DNA of 64,000 nucleotides from Amoebophrya sp. A120 (Eukaryota > Protista > Dinoflagellata), in assembly GCA_905178155.1 (NCBI GenBank), contig CAJINV010000004.1:6910358-6974357 (forward strand), written 5' to 3'. The position numbers and the translations under genes were made by a program. Shown one piece after another: positions 1-13,800 of this stretch (the stretch's first letter is position 1; every line of letters starts with the position of its first letter). The notes beneath the pieces were generated by a model. It ran no database searches. It was not told the origin of the DNA and saw only the letters and a list, made by a program, of their open reading frames with translations.

Positions 1-3000
1 AGCACGTCCACGGTGGCAGGGGTGACGGCGAGTTGTGCTTTTTTGCTCGTTTTTTGTTCTCCTGCTCCTGTGTCAACAACATCTCCTTGTACTTCTTCTT
101 CTTCTTCTTCCGTGCACCAGCAACTCCGCAGCACTCCGGGCAACAGGTACTGCAACCACAGGTCCGGCGGTGTGAAACGCACGCTGCGTGATCGTTCTTT
201 TTGGAAATAAAACTCATCTGCGAGTTGTGTGTCTAGGCAGACAGAAGTCTTTATTTTTGCACCGTCTTCTTGTGCTGCTTGTTCCTTTTCCTCGTCGTGC
301 TGCTGTTTTGCTTTATTTGGTCTGCTTTCGTCCCAATACGTCTGGTTAACAAAAGACAAGAAGCCGAAATACGCCGCCTTTTGCAGTTCAAAATCGTTTG
401 TCAAAGACGCGTGGAAAAGCTTGATCTCAGGATCTTCGATCTTGCCGTGGTCCGAGGTCGTTGCCTGTTTAGTTCATGGTGTGGAAATGCTACTTATAGC
501 TTAATTTTATCTTTTTGTATTTGTTGCGTTTCCTTTTGTTGACCTTGACCCAGCAGTTGTTAGTTGTCATGTGTTTGAAGACAACAGAAAAGAAAAACCA
601 AAATTCTGTAGATTGTTCTTGCATAAAAAGTATAAAGCAATATTGTCAACAACATCATAATACCTCGTCGTTGCTGTTCCTATTCAGCTTGCCCACCACG
701 TTCAGCATCGTTTCGCGTTCAATCTTTTGATCCACCGCAGACCCCTCCTGAAGGCGCAGCTGAAACCACATGCGCTGATGGAACGTTATGCATTGCAAAT
801 ATGTCTGGGTCTGGAAGAATGCAACTTGTGATGCTATTTTTGGAACCCACAAAAATCTGTATTGCATGAGCAGCAAGAGGCGTCCAGTTTTTGCTCCGCG
901 GAGCGGGCATTTGTCATGCGGGATAGGCATCAAGATTCCCGCAAAAAATCTGTCATGCTAGATCATGCACTACAGGCATCATAGCCCATGCGAAATATGC
1001 ATGACAAACCTGGAAATCTTCCGGACCCAGACATTTTTGCATTTGATAAACGTGCTCACTGAACCATCAAGGCCGTCGTTGAAGATTTCTTTCGGAAATA
1101 AAGATGTTTCGTCCCGGAGGTAGGCAGCGAGGAAGTTTTGCACCACTCTCGATATTATTTCCAGATCTACTTTTGGAGGAGCGTCGCTTTGTTCTTGAGC
1201 TACTACTTCCGCAATTTTGTCTGCCAGCTTTACTCCTGGAGGAGCGCCAAGGGGGCTCGTACTTCTCCGCAGCTGTTCCTTTAACTCCTCCTCAGTCCTG
1301 ACTTTTTGGCCGTTGCGGGTGGATATTTGTCCACTGCGGTCCACGTGCGGTAGGAGAAACATCAGCTTGAGGACAACCAGAAGACGCTGGTTCCTTGCAG
1401 CAGAATAAATTTTGTTCCTTGATGTTGTACATCTATTTTCCTCGACGTCGTCGTTGTCACAAAACCCGGCGATCATCCCCAGTAGCGCGGGCAAGAGGTC
1501 CCTTTTCAGAAAAGTGACATACCCCGCCAAGGACAACTTGTTTTTGGGCCAGAATCGGTTGGACGACAGTGTCACTTGTTCGTGGCCATCTTCCTCTGGC
1601 TTGCTGATGCTGTCCATGTCCATTTCCTCTCGGTGAACAACAACCTTCCTTTTTTTAGTCGCCGGCTCTACAAGTAGGTCTTGCGCTCCTGCTTCGTCAT
1701 CCTGTTGCGCTTCGTCGACGTCCAGTTTCGCTTCGTCGTCCTGTTTATCCGCTTTATCATCCTCGTCCGTGACTGGTGTTCCGTGCGGCACTGAGAGTAC
1801 GTAGGCAGTCAGGGTTTCGCACAGAGCCAATACCAACTCCTCCAACTGCTCGCTTGCGTTCTCTTTTTTCGTCATAGCTGTAATTTGCTCTTCTACAATT
1901 TCAGCAGGTCTGGTACTTCCTACACGCCGGCGGTTCCTCAGAAGGTCAGGTCTAACCAACTGGACGAGCGCGAGGTCATACGCCGGGTGCGCTTTTGGGT
2001 CCTGCTCTTCAGCGTCTTCGAACGATCCTCCAAGGATATTGCAAGCAGGTGCATCTTGTTTTTCACCTCTGCCACTGTTCATACCGGCCCTTCCGTGGTC
2101 CCCTGCAGCTTCGCCACTCTGGTGGGAGCAGAAGTAGACCAAGTTTATTTTCAACCGTCTTTCCAGCTCCGCCATCGCTTGCCTGGGTTCCGGCTTCTGA
2201 AGGAAATTTTTCAGCACGGCGACCAAAATGTCCGGGTGGTTCAGCTGTTCGTCATAGACCTTCTTCGCCACCGTCGCGAAAGACTCTTCATGTTCATCTC
2301 TGGAGGTGGCTTGCAGGAGGAAATTGACACTAGCTGGATTCGTGACAATATTTTTAACAATTGGATCTCTGCAGCTGCTAGTACCACTGTCCTTCGCTTT
2401 GTTCTGTTGCTGCTGAAACGCGACAAACTCTGCCGTGAGGTTCTTCAAAATTTTCCGCCGGTAGCGCGGATTGACGACGTTCAACAGGAGGTGCCGGGCG
2501 AGCCAGGGAAGGGTGAAGGTTTTTTCCTCCGTTTCGTCTTGTTGAAAGAAGTCTTGTTGCAAGAAATCTTCGGACGATGAAGTATCAGAAGCATTAGCGT
2601 CGTGTACTAGTTTCTTTTCGCGAATGGACAGCAGGTTCTGCAGTAACAGTTCCGGTGTGATCATAAGGTTAGACCGGCAGCCGCGGACGATGGAATTTCT
2701 CAGACTTTTGGATTTGGTTTTACCGCTGCTGGTATAGTCTTCGTTCTTGCACAGCACCAACGGTGGACTGTTGATGCTGTTGTCGGATGTACCAGAAGAG
2801 GTCGTGGCGACCATAGAAGGGTCCTCGCTGTGCGCTACAAAGGAGCTCCTCCTGGTGCCCTCGTCGCCGCCGTCGTCGTTACTTTCGGCTTCGTGCAACT
2901 GGTTCGTGTTTGATGTTCCGTCTGCCTCTCTAAAAATTTCACCAACTTGATGAACTTCTCCTCCTCTCGCGAGCAGAAAGTGCTGAACGAGCTGCTCCGG

Positions 3001-6000
3001 CAGGGTTTTCGTCGGCGAAGGAGGAGGATTTCCAGGCTGCTCCTCCTCCTCGTCGGTTGTTGTAGCATTATCGTTATTTGTCAACATGAGATCCAACATG
3101 AGCTCTGGTATCGCGAACCACGTGCGTAGCTCGGCCGCGGTCCAGGGGTGCAGCTGGAAGAAGTTGCTTTCGATAAAGCCGCAAGTTTCCTTGACCAGCA
3201 TGGCAGGAGAGGAACAATCTATTCCATCGGGCTCTCTGTTTCCGAGGGTGAGCTTCTGCAGTTTTCTCTCGACCATATCTTCGCAGGGAGGGCGCGGGAA
3301 ATAAATTTTGTTACTCGACGACGTCCTGGTCGGAATCTCCGCCGTCATTTTTCGAACGTGCCACAGAAGTGCGTTGGCGTAGATTCGGGCCCGGTAGTAT
3401 TCGAGGTGATTAATATTTTTCGTAGCTTGACCACGCTTTGTAGTACCTCTACCGGAAACATCCTGCGAACCAGCTTCAGCTTCAGCTGAGGTGCTGTTTT
3501 CCTCGTTTTCCTCATCATCTCCTTCCTTTTCGTCCGCTAGAGAAGTTGTGCCACAACTATCGTCGGTGACCACGATCATGTTCTTCTTGATTCCCATTTT
3601 TCCAGGTAGAATCCAATCCATCAATTTTGCCAGCCGCGAGCCCTTCCCGAAAAAATTCTCCTCCCCCGCGGCTTTCCGCGCCGCGTTCTCGCGGTCCTGA
3701 TGCGCCACGCCGGTGGTGGCGGAGAACTTTTCGTCGCGGGTCGCGTACTCTGTCAGCAAAAACAACGACACCCGATACGCAAACGACGGAAGCTGGTTTA
3801 ATTTTTCCCTCTCTGCCTCGTCACGGCGGTTGCTCAAGTCCTCGTGCCAGACGAGTAAACGATTTAAGACGTCCAACAGCAAAGCCCCCTCTCGCCGGTT
3901 CATTCGCTCCACCGGAGTAGGAGTAGAAGTGGCCGAGCTTGGTCCTCGTCGTGTGGAAGAAGTTTTAGCTGGTTTAATAGTTCTCGACGCCGTCGGGGAC
4001 GACTCTTGATCATCTTGCGGTTGAGGCACACGCACACCACCGCTGCTAATATTTCTGGGCACAACTACTACTACAGATGGCGCAGGATCTACTCCTGCTC
4101 CTCGATTGTTCCTAACCTGTATGACTCCTGTCGCACCCTCAGAGTCCGAGTCCTCATCCGATGAATCTTCTAGGTCCACTTCCCCGATGTTGCTGGTGCC
4201 ATTGTTATTTTCTTCTTGCGCACCATTCTCATTGCAATTCCAATTGCTGCCCTCGTCCTCAGCCGCATCATCAATCTTCGCAGCTCCTGCTGCGAGAAGT
4301 TGTCCTCGGGTCGTCGTATTAGTTGCATCGTCTTCTACAACGACCTCCATCACCATCACACCAGCAGGCGAGGCCGCACCATGGTCTACTTTTTGTTCCG
4401 TTTTCGCTACGTCCTGTTCCTCCTTACTATCCGCGTTCTTATCCTCTTCTTCATCTTGTTGTAGTTCCTCGTCTTCTTCTACTGCAAATGCGCCCTTGCA
4501 ATATGTCAAGTACACAATCCTCTTCAGCAGAGCAACGACGAAGGGCGAGAGAAGCCGTGCGGGAGATGTTGTTGGGGGCTCCTGGTTGTAGTTCTGTGGC
4601 GGGTTCTGGTCTGTTGACTCCTGGTCTTTCTTCTTGCTGTCCTCTGCGTACAACGCGGCGCGAACGCGAAAGGCCTCTTCGACCAACTTGGAGAACACCT
4701 CAGCCGAGTGCTGGACGGAACAAGTCGAAGTAGCACAACTTCTGGCACTTTCCATTTCCATTTCCGCCTCATCGTCACCTTCACAGTTGAAGTTGTTAAA
4801 AAACCCGTCCACCGTGACTGCCAACTCGAAGATGTCCTTTGATGGTGCGGTGTCCGGTTTCAACTTCAATTTCTCGACCCTTTTCTCGTCGAAGACGTTT
4901 TTGAAGACCCCGCTGGAAAGACAGGCCGACAACAGCAGGTCTCGGGCGCGGCACTTGACCGCTTGTTTCTGCTCAGAGAGCATGACGTTGTGCATCGTGT
5001 TGTCAAACAGATCCGCTTCTAGGGATTGGTCCTCTGTACGCATCAATTTCGCTAGCGCATTCACGTAATGGAGGAAGTACTTGTCGCCTACTATCGCTTT
5101 CTCTGCGCAGTTAAACACCCGGGTGTGCAGGAGGTTCAAATAGACCAGAACCCGTTGCTTTCTCGTTTCATCTCCGGCGAACTCCAGCAGAAATTTCGTC
5201 GGCATAATACTATTACCCAGTGAAGAAAGCGGCTTCGTGAAGTCGAACCGCACACTGCTCGGGCCAAGCACACACAAAAACGCCTCCATTACGGAGCACC
5301 AGGCGGCGAACAGCCGGTTCTGGATTTTCACCGCATTTTTTCTCACGAAAATCACCTCCTCTACTTCGGATGATAATTTCTCGGTTTTTAATATCTCGCT
5401 TCCCTCGTCGTTGGACATGTCTGCATCTTCATCTGGTTCATCTGCACAGCCTGCTTTATTTTGTTGTTCTTCCCCTTCGTCGTCCTCGTTTATTTCCAGC
5501 ACAGCTTCAGTCTGATTCGGATCGACCATATGAATGTCAAGGTCATCATCGTCGTCGCTGTCACCCTCGCCGAGCGTTTGATTTTTTTGCCGAGCAGAAG
5601 TAGATGTTCTTGAATTCATTTTCCCACCTTTCATATTTTTGTTTTCCTCCTCCCTCTTCTTCTGCTGCTCGTAGTAGTGTTCTACACTTACCTCAAACCC
5701 GGACATGCACAGCGGGAACAGTTTCACGATTTCCTCCGCTTCTGGTAAATTCTGCAGAATCTCCGTGACAAAACTCGAATTCTGCATCTTCTGACACACC
5801 ACGACGTGCTTTAACAGCGTCCGGATCAGGTACAACGCCTGCTCCAATGATTCCGCGTGGGCTTCCAGGCTTTGCGGAATAAATGAAAAACTTGTACTAG
5901 TGGATAATTCAGATGCCGTTGACGTAGTTGTAGCACCTCCCGACGATATCCTCGTCGTGCAGCACTTGGAAACGAGCTGCTCGAGCGCACGGATCGTGCT

Positions 6001-9000
6001 GGTCAAGCTTTGTTTTCCCAACCCCTTCGGCAAGGCGGTTATCTTTTTGCTGATCTTCGGATTTTGAAACAGCTCCGTGTAGAAGCGAAAGAGGCGAGCT
6101 GAGGTGTTAGAAGTGGGCGTGGGGGCCGCGTGCGAGGAGTTCAATATTGATGAACTAGTGCTACTTGTACCACTAGCACCACCAGCGGTCGTCTCCGTAT
6201 TAAGTTGTTTTAGCTTTGTCAGCGTGTCGTTGACAAATTCGGGTGTCTGGCGCGTGTCGCCCAAAACCGCAAGCAGCAAGTCCCTCGCGTATTCGCTGCG
6301 CAGGACCGGGAGGTCTATGAGAACTTGCTGCAGCGTCTGCATGTCCTTGTCGCCCCGGAACAGCACGCGGTTCGTGCAGAAGGAGGAGAGGACGCGGAAC
6401 AGAGTTTGCTGGAGGGAAACAGAAAACTTCGATGATTGGTTCATTTGGTGTTGCTTCGTGAAAACTGCGATGTTTTTTCCTTCTCGCCCGCGGAAAAAAC
6501 GAGGTGAACATATTGTTCCATCTGATGTAGTTCTACCTCCGGTTCCGGCGGATAATACTTCTAGTGGGAAAACCACGAGGTTAATCGGATTCAGCAACGC
6601 TTCCCTTTCCTCGTCCGTTTCGATGTCTCCGCTCTCCTTCGCGTCGTCCGCATGTAGTCTGGTCACCTCCGGCCGCCCGAGAGTTTGTCCGCTCTCCGGC
6701 TCGAAAAAATTGGTCTCCGTGTGGTGAATATCAAATGCGAAAATGTCTGGGTCTGGAAGAGTCATGCTGCTTTTGCATGACAAGGAAGGGCTGGCGTGGA
6801 AGCTCTAGCATCAGAGGTTTCGAGAAGCTTCCGCAATGCCGAATCTACATCACAAATGCCCGATTTTGGTGACAGAAAGTGGGCAGCTTTTCTTTGCTGC
6901 TTATGCATGAGAGGTTCTTATGTGTTATGAAATGCGCTTCACAAGTTTGCATTCTTCCAGACCCAGACATATTTGCAATGCATAGTGAAAGCGAACACGC
7001 TATCCTGAGTAAAAACGTACCCACACCAGAGTTGTAATGCAAATCTGCATGCTGAAAATGTTTCTCATGCGGAGCCACATGAGAAGCATTTTCCAATCGT
7101 GTTTTGCAATTTGTCATTCTCCAATCAGCATGGTATGCTAGCTCTGTGATTCTGCTGAGCTAGCTCAAACAGCACTACACTACAAATCCAAATTTGTCAT
7201 GCAAAACAGCCAAAACTTGTGGATTTGTCTAGCCGATTCCCCAACTTGACTATGGTGTGGGTACGTTTTTGCTCCGGATACACGCTTTGCGCCACTGGCC
7301 TGCTTCGCCTCCCGTTTTCGCTGGTTCTGCAGACTCCGGTTCAGGAGGTCTTCCTGCGTTTTTCGGGTCAGGGTCAAGAGCCGACGAAGGGCAGCGGAGG
7401 AATTTCGTGCGGCGATTTTGGATGTCGAAGATAATTTCTTGACCACTTTACTGTTTTTGGTTCTCATCTTCTTGCTGCCCTTATTCAACAACGTTTGGGT
7501 TTTTCTACTATTGTTTGCCCAAATACTGTTTGTCAGCGCGGACATCGCGCGGTTGTTGAGGAAAAACAATTTCCCCAGCCTTGGCAAATGCTTCGGCTTC
7601 AACAATTTCGTGTCGATTAAATTGAGAAAGTCGACGGCCGGAAAGATGGATTCGCTGCTGATGTTGTCGGGAGCGGCCTGAAGTCGTGCTTGCTGCTCGA
7701 CTAGTTGTACCTCTCCTTCCGTATTATTTCCACCGCTGCAGCAGAATTTCGCCAACGCTGGAAAGACGTTCGCGCTCATCAGCGATTTCAGAAGCACCAT
7801 GGCAATGTCGCTGTCGTCGTACTCGAGGCAGATTTTCACCCAGTCCAGGTACAGGAACAGCACAGAATTCCCGAACAGATTAAACAGATTGGGCCAGAAC
7901 TTGTTTCTCAATGTAGTCTGGGTTGTAGATGAAGTTGTTTTATTCTTTCGAGGTAGTACAACTAGTTGCTCTGTTTCTTCGTCCAGCCGTGTCGTCGTGT
8001 CTGGATCTTGTGTATTGGTCCTTTTCTTGATTTCCTTCATCGCCAGCCCCTGTACGTCCGCGTCGGCGAGCAGTTCTGTAACCCTCTGTTCGTCCAACAC
8101 CTCTCTGGTGTAGTCGTCTATGCACCCTGTGGGGTCCACGTCCGAGTCCTTGAAGTACAGCTCCGCCTCGAAACAAGTGAGCCCGCGGAGCGTCACCCCA
8201 AGCTTGTCGCTGACCTGGAAAACGCAGTGGCTCTCCAGACTTTGGAGCAATTTTGTCATCACGGTTTCCGAATCAAACGCGTCCAGTTGCTGCTGCAGGG
8301 CTTTGGAAAACACGTTGATACCGGTGGTTGGTTTCGAAGCATTGCCGTTGGTGTGCCTCTTGCTTTTCCCATCGCTTGTCCCAAGACCTGCAGCGGTCTG
8401 CTCGAACGGGAACCGATACAGCAAAGTTCTCGCCGCCTGCTTACTCACCGCGGAAATGGCGCACAACAGCCGGATATCAAATGCAAATATGTTTGGGTCT
8501 GGAAGACTGCCAGATTTGTCATGCACATTTTGTATGATCCATGATGCCTGTAATGCATGCATGCTCTAGCATCTTCACAGATTTTGAGACGGCTTCCTGA
8601 TGCCTAAACCGCATGAGAAATAAATGCCCTCTCGTCCGTGTAGCAGAAACTGGACTGCTGTTCCTGGTCATGCAATACAATTTTTTTTGAAATCCAAAAA
8701 CAGCATTACAAGTTGCAACCTTCCAGACCGAAACATAATTTGCATTCGATACCGGAACACCGCCGCGGTGCGGACCTGCTTGCTTTTCTCCTTGGACTGA
8801 ACTTGAATTGCGAGAAATTGGTGAATTGTCGACATATTCTGCTGCTCCAATAATCGGTTGGTTACAATTTCCGCAATGTTGTTGTTTCCGGATTGATGAT
8901 GATGGTGGTGCCGGGACGAGGAGATTTGATTTGAATTTGTCGAAGACGATGAAGATGATCCAGCATTTGCATTTTTCGGGACGACCGTCCCGACCCCGAG

Positions 9001-9837
9001 ACTGCCTGCTCCCAAAAGCAGTTGCTGCAGGCCCTGAGCCGCCCCAGCGGTGGCTTTGTACTGCAATAATTCGGTCAAAACAGGTTTTCGCCAGGCACCG
9101 TATAGAATCAGATATCAACTGCAAAAGTGTCTGGGTCTGGAAACTTGTGATGCTAAAGTGTGAATGATGGAAGCAATTCCGAATGCAGACCCAAGCATGA
9201 CAACTTTCCAGAACGCTTTCTGATGCACAGCCCGCATGAGAAACTGCGTTTTCGTGTAGACAAAAGAGGCTGCGTATTTTGGTGGTCATGCAATACAAAT
9301 TCTACAGGAATGTGAGACCTGCATTACAAGTTCCACTCTTCCAGACCCAGACATATTTGCAATCCATACCAGAATCGCGCCAAAAATGTCGATGACCAGG
9401 GAAACGCAGAGCTGTCGCTGGTAGTCTGAATTAGAATTTCCACCAATTTGCGCGTGATCTTGAATTATGTCCCCCTTCTTGTCGACGTCGTTTTCCTTTT
9501 CATGTAGAGATTCATTTGTCACAACATCATCACCAGCTCCTGCAACATCCTTGATGTCATTGCTCCGGCGCAGCTTCTTGCTGTTCTTGTTCGAGCCTTC
9601 GAGGAACGTTGTTGCTCGTGGTGTTCCTAACTCGAGCAATTTGAACAGCTCTTCACACCGCGGACTCAAGTGCAGATACTCGTCCAGCAGCTGACACTGT
9701 TCCGGGCCGGCTTTGATGGCTTCGCGGAGTTGGAAAAGCCCTTCGTCCGGCTTGTCGGACCGGAGCCGCTCCAGGAGGCACTGTGCGGCCGCCTCCGGGT
9801 TGGCGGCCAAGTTCTGGACCAAGGTGCTCGTCGCCAT
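1..9837 (-). CDS. URB1/Npa1-like nucleolar pre-ribosomal associated protein (3' end runs off the window)
   Basis: Assembled in frame across 5 introners and a GT-AG intron (465-663). N-terminal LLDEYLHLSPRCEELF and RLLCAISAV..AARTLLYRFPF resemble the Npa1 N-terminal domain. Very large protein with low-complexity inserts. Family call is by recognition only. Confidence 0.6.
465..663 (-). other. Canonical GT-AG intron
   Basis: gag|GTATTA...AAACAG|gca joins NSNDE to an open frame (ATTSDHGKIEDPEIK...) that continues to base 1. Confidence 0.7.
787..1048. mobile_element. Introner family A
   Basis: TIRs; TSD aacgt/aacgt; removal gives STFHQRMWF. Confidence 0.9.
6729..6984. mobile_element. Introner family A
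   Basis: TIRs; TSD gtgaa/gtgaa. Confidence 0.9.
7001..7280. mobile_element. Introner family C
   Basis: TIRs; TSD cacgc/cacgc. Confidence 0.9.
8475..8751. mobile_element. Introner family A
   Basis: TIRs; TSD ccgga/ccgga; removal gives VFRLLCAIS. Confidence 0.9.
9113..9368. mobile_element. Introner family A
   Basis: TIRs; TSD tcaga/ccaga. Confidence 0.9.
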
Positions 9838-10857
9838 TTTCTCGACCGATAATGATCTTCAGAAAACGAGATTTGCATAAATATGACTAGAATAATATAC
9901 GACGGCGCTCATCAGAGCAAAAGAAGAAAACAGTAGAGTTTGAGCAAGCTACCAGAAACTAAACTTCTTCTCGCTCTTAGCTATGCAGGGACTACTATTT
10001 GATGAACTTGCTGTACATGGGTTACTGTGTTCGCAATTTCTAGCGGAAAAAGTTTCGTGATGGTTCGTTGTCGTCTTTCTCTTCGTCCTGTGTGCGTTTC
10101 GGAAAAAAATAGCTTAAATTTTTACGATATTGGAGTTAAACGATAGAAGCTGAATTTTGATCCTTGGCGTTATCCTTTCGGTTTCGTCTCAGTGTCAGTT
10201 TTTTTGTTCTGCGGATCTTTCATTTGCACAGCATGCTCGTTGTTAGTACGTTGAGTGATCAGTGAGAGTCTTTTCTTCTCAGATCCAGATGTTGTGGAGA
10301 GCTATTACATTTTTCTCGAGGCAGACAAATCGAACTTGCGATCTGCGTCGGTGTCGGATCAGCTTGAGTATAATTTTGTTCACGATCATCTGAGAGATCC
10401 AGATCTTTGCATAAAACGATCAGAGATGCTATTCCGCCAGCCACTCTCTTACCGCACTTGCTCAGTGACTGCATTTTGATTCTTGTCGAACTACTTTTAC
10501 ATACATGTACTCAAGTTTCGTAGGAAGATGATTCTGGGCCAGCCAGCACACAGCAATGTGACGAAGGGTCGTCGTGTTTTCTATCATGGTGAGTACCAGC
10601 ACCAGCTCGACTCGAGCACGTTATTCAAGCAAAACCAACCATTGAGCTGTTCATCCATGTACAGAAGGACAAGGAACTTGTTCAACATAGCGTTAATAGT
10701 AGTCCTTACAGTTCATCAACAACATCTTCAATCATGCCAGAACCTAATGTATAGAAGGCATGGACGATGTCGATGATCAGATGAGGGAAAGCAGGAAGCG
10801 ACATAATTTACATTTCGTGTCTAAAATGAGTTACTTATCTTACCGAAAAAATTTTCT

Positions 10858-13800
10858 TCAAAAGTTTCCCCGCAATTCCAACTGCTTCCGCGTGTCGGCA
10901 GGACCGTACCCGGGCAATTCCCTCTGTAGCGTTCTCAAACGTTATGTTCTCAACTGTTACACGATTTGTCATGCAAAACCAACATCATCATCCACACGGC
11001 GCAGCGACTTCGCATGACAAATTCCCGAAGGGCTACACAACATTTAAATCTGTGCGGAATTTGTAATGCTAGTGGTGCAATCCTCCCCCTTTGACTTTTG
11101 CTATGCTTGCATTGCAAATTCATGTAACAGTTGAGAATGTAACAATTTAGAATGCCATACCCTCGGCATATCGTCCACCGCGCCGTTTAACATTTTTTCG
11201 CTCGGACCCACAATAATTTCCCCCTGCGCCCCGCGCCAGGCTTTCTGTCCGGCGTGCGTCACCCAGCTGCCATCGTCTTGGTTCTTCAGAATACCGAGCT
11301 GCCGAGCTTTGGTATGGATGTGTCAGGATCGAAATCGACAAAGTTGAAATGGTTTGTCATGCATAGAATGGATGCCAGTTGGAACCCAGTTTCCAAGTGG
11401 CGCATGATAAATTTCGGTGGTCCCTAAATCCAGTTTTTCATGCTGTTTAGGCAAAGAAGGGCGATTTTCTCATGCTACTTTAGCAGCTCGAGCTGCAACC
11501 CCAAACAGGCTTACAATCGGCCTCACTTGCCTGCTCTGCAACACACGTACCTCGGGTCATGCATTTTATGCATTACAAATTATTTCAACTTTGACGATTG
11601 CTATTGCAAACCTGACGCTTCCATATTTGGAGGACTGGACATAGTCTTTTTCGGAGAGCTGCGAAACATACCCGTTGCCGGACAATTCTTGCACTTTCCG
11701 GCCTTGTATGCATTGCAAAAGTATCGTACTAGAACTAGTATGAATTGCGAATTGGCTCAGCATTACAAATCAAATTTGTAATGCATAACCGCAATTAGTA
11801 CGAGTGCGATACTTCTTGTTTTGCATTTCATACCGTGGTGCGTTTGCGGTCGGGAAGAGGCGGGCATCGCCCGCTGTTCGCGCAGAACCTCCGCCGCCTG
11901 AGACATGCCGTCGCGGATGGCACTGCAGGCACTGTTTTCATAATTGATACGGTCGTCGGGTGCATGATGTTGTCAAGTGCATTTTTTGTGTCATGGGGTG
12001 CAAGAAGAACGGCATGACAAGCACTTGTTCCATGAGGATTGAGGAACAACATAGCACAGTATGCATAATTCAACAATCAAGAAGAGAAAAAACCATCACA
12101 ATGTGTACTTATCTATAAGTACACAAACTCGTTTATTGCGCTGGACCGTCGCTCCGGCACCTCCGCTAAATTTGCCGTCATGCCGCTGCTATGAACTGCA
12201 AAAGTATAGCACTCGTATGAATGCATTACAAATTTGCTCAGCATGAGAAATGTAATTCGTAATGCGGATTTACCTTGAGACAAGGATTTGCAAATGCAAT
12301 GCATGTTGACTGCAATTACCACGAGTGCGATACTTTTGCAATGCATAGCTGCCAAACACATGGTGTTCATTTCCGAACATGTTGTGCATCTTCCTTTCTT
12401 ATCAAATGCAAATGTGTCTGGGTCTGGAAGATTGCTACGTTTGTCATGCATGTCTGACATGACTCAAGAATCTGTGATGCATGAGGACGAAGCGGCCCCT
12501 TTGCCTGTCGTGCAAAAACGCAGTTTGCCATGCGAAACACGCAACACATAGGAGCCCAAAAATTTGTCATGCTTGGCTCCGTATTGCAGTGGAACTCTCA
12601 TTCACATTTAGCATTACAAATTTCCAGAGACCCAGACATATTTGCAATGCATATTTCTCTCGCCGTTTTAAAGTCGTCTGATCGGTGCCCGGTGAGGTTT
12701 CTCGCGGAAATTTCTGACTTGATGTGGTAGTGGTCGGCTGGGTAGGTATCTCATGAGAAAAAATTGTCTCAGTCTCAAACCTGTATATGCAGACTCAGCA
12801 ATAAAATCAAAAAAACTCTGAGGCTTTAGAACGCAAAGGCGCACTTCTTGTTGCATGTCCTCAGCATCACAAACAGTCGTCTGCTGGAAGAAGTTCTGCA
12901 TAAATTGCAAGTTGAGACTGAGCCAGTTTTTTCTTGCGATAAGGTACCGAGGGCTTCCTCGCGCTGGACCACTTTTTTTCGATGAAGATTCGGGTCGACG
13001 GGACCTAGCAAAGTACACGTTATTAAATCGATTTCGTCGGTTCATCTTGTTCGCGAATAAGCACGGCAGCACGCACGACAAACTACGAAACTACCAGAAA
13101 AAAAATAAGAATGGTAAAAAATGCCTTCAAAGGTGTCGTGTCCGTGTGTGAAAAAAAATAAAAATCACAAAAGCGATAGAAGCCAGGTCGTTATACCGAA
13201 AATGTCCGAGAAGTTTTTCTCCTTGTGTCTTCTCGGGTCTTCAGGCGGTTCGAATTTTTTCCGCTCGTGCATCTCACCTTCCACTTCCCGGGAGTGCAAA
13301 TTCCCGTGGAACCTATGCATTGCAAAACGATCGCGCAGATCGCACTTTTTCTAGGAGGTACAGCTTGATGCATTTTTTGCTTGACAAATTTCCTCACAAA
13401 ATATAAATCGTGATAGTCATGCAGATTAAGGTAAAATAAGCAAGCAGATTCGTCATGCCAGACTGCAATTTGCGCGAGTTGTGCGCTGCTTTTGCACAGG
13501 ATAGAACCGTATCAAATGCAAATATGTCAGTCTGAGTCTGGAAGATTGCAAATGTTTGTGATGCAGAGTCTGCGTCACACAGAAAGTCTGGCATGCAAGC
13601 CCCAGCAACACAGGTTCTTTTGGGCAGGACTCTCAATGCCTAATCCACATGACAAATCCCTTCTTTCGGAGACCAGAAAAGGGGCTCGCTGCTTTTGCTC
13701 CCCGAGCATGACAGATTTTTTCATGATATAAAATGCGCATGACAAGTTGCATCTTTCCAGACCCACACATTTTTGCAATCCATAAACCGCTCTGCCGCGG

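Noticed and set aside
655-663. Stop codon ending gene 1 at 655
   Set aside because: A GT-AG intron (465-663) continues the frame into a protein-like exon running to base 1.
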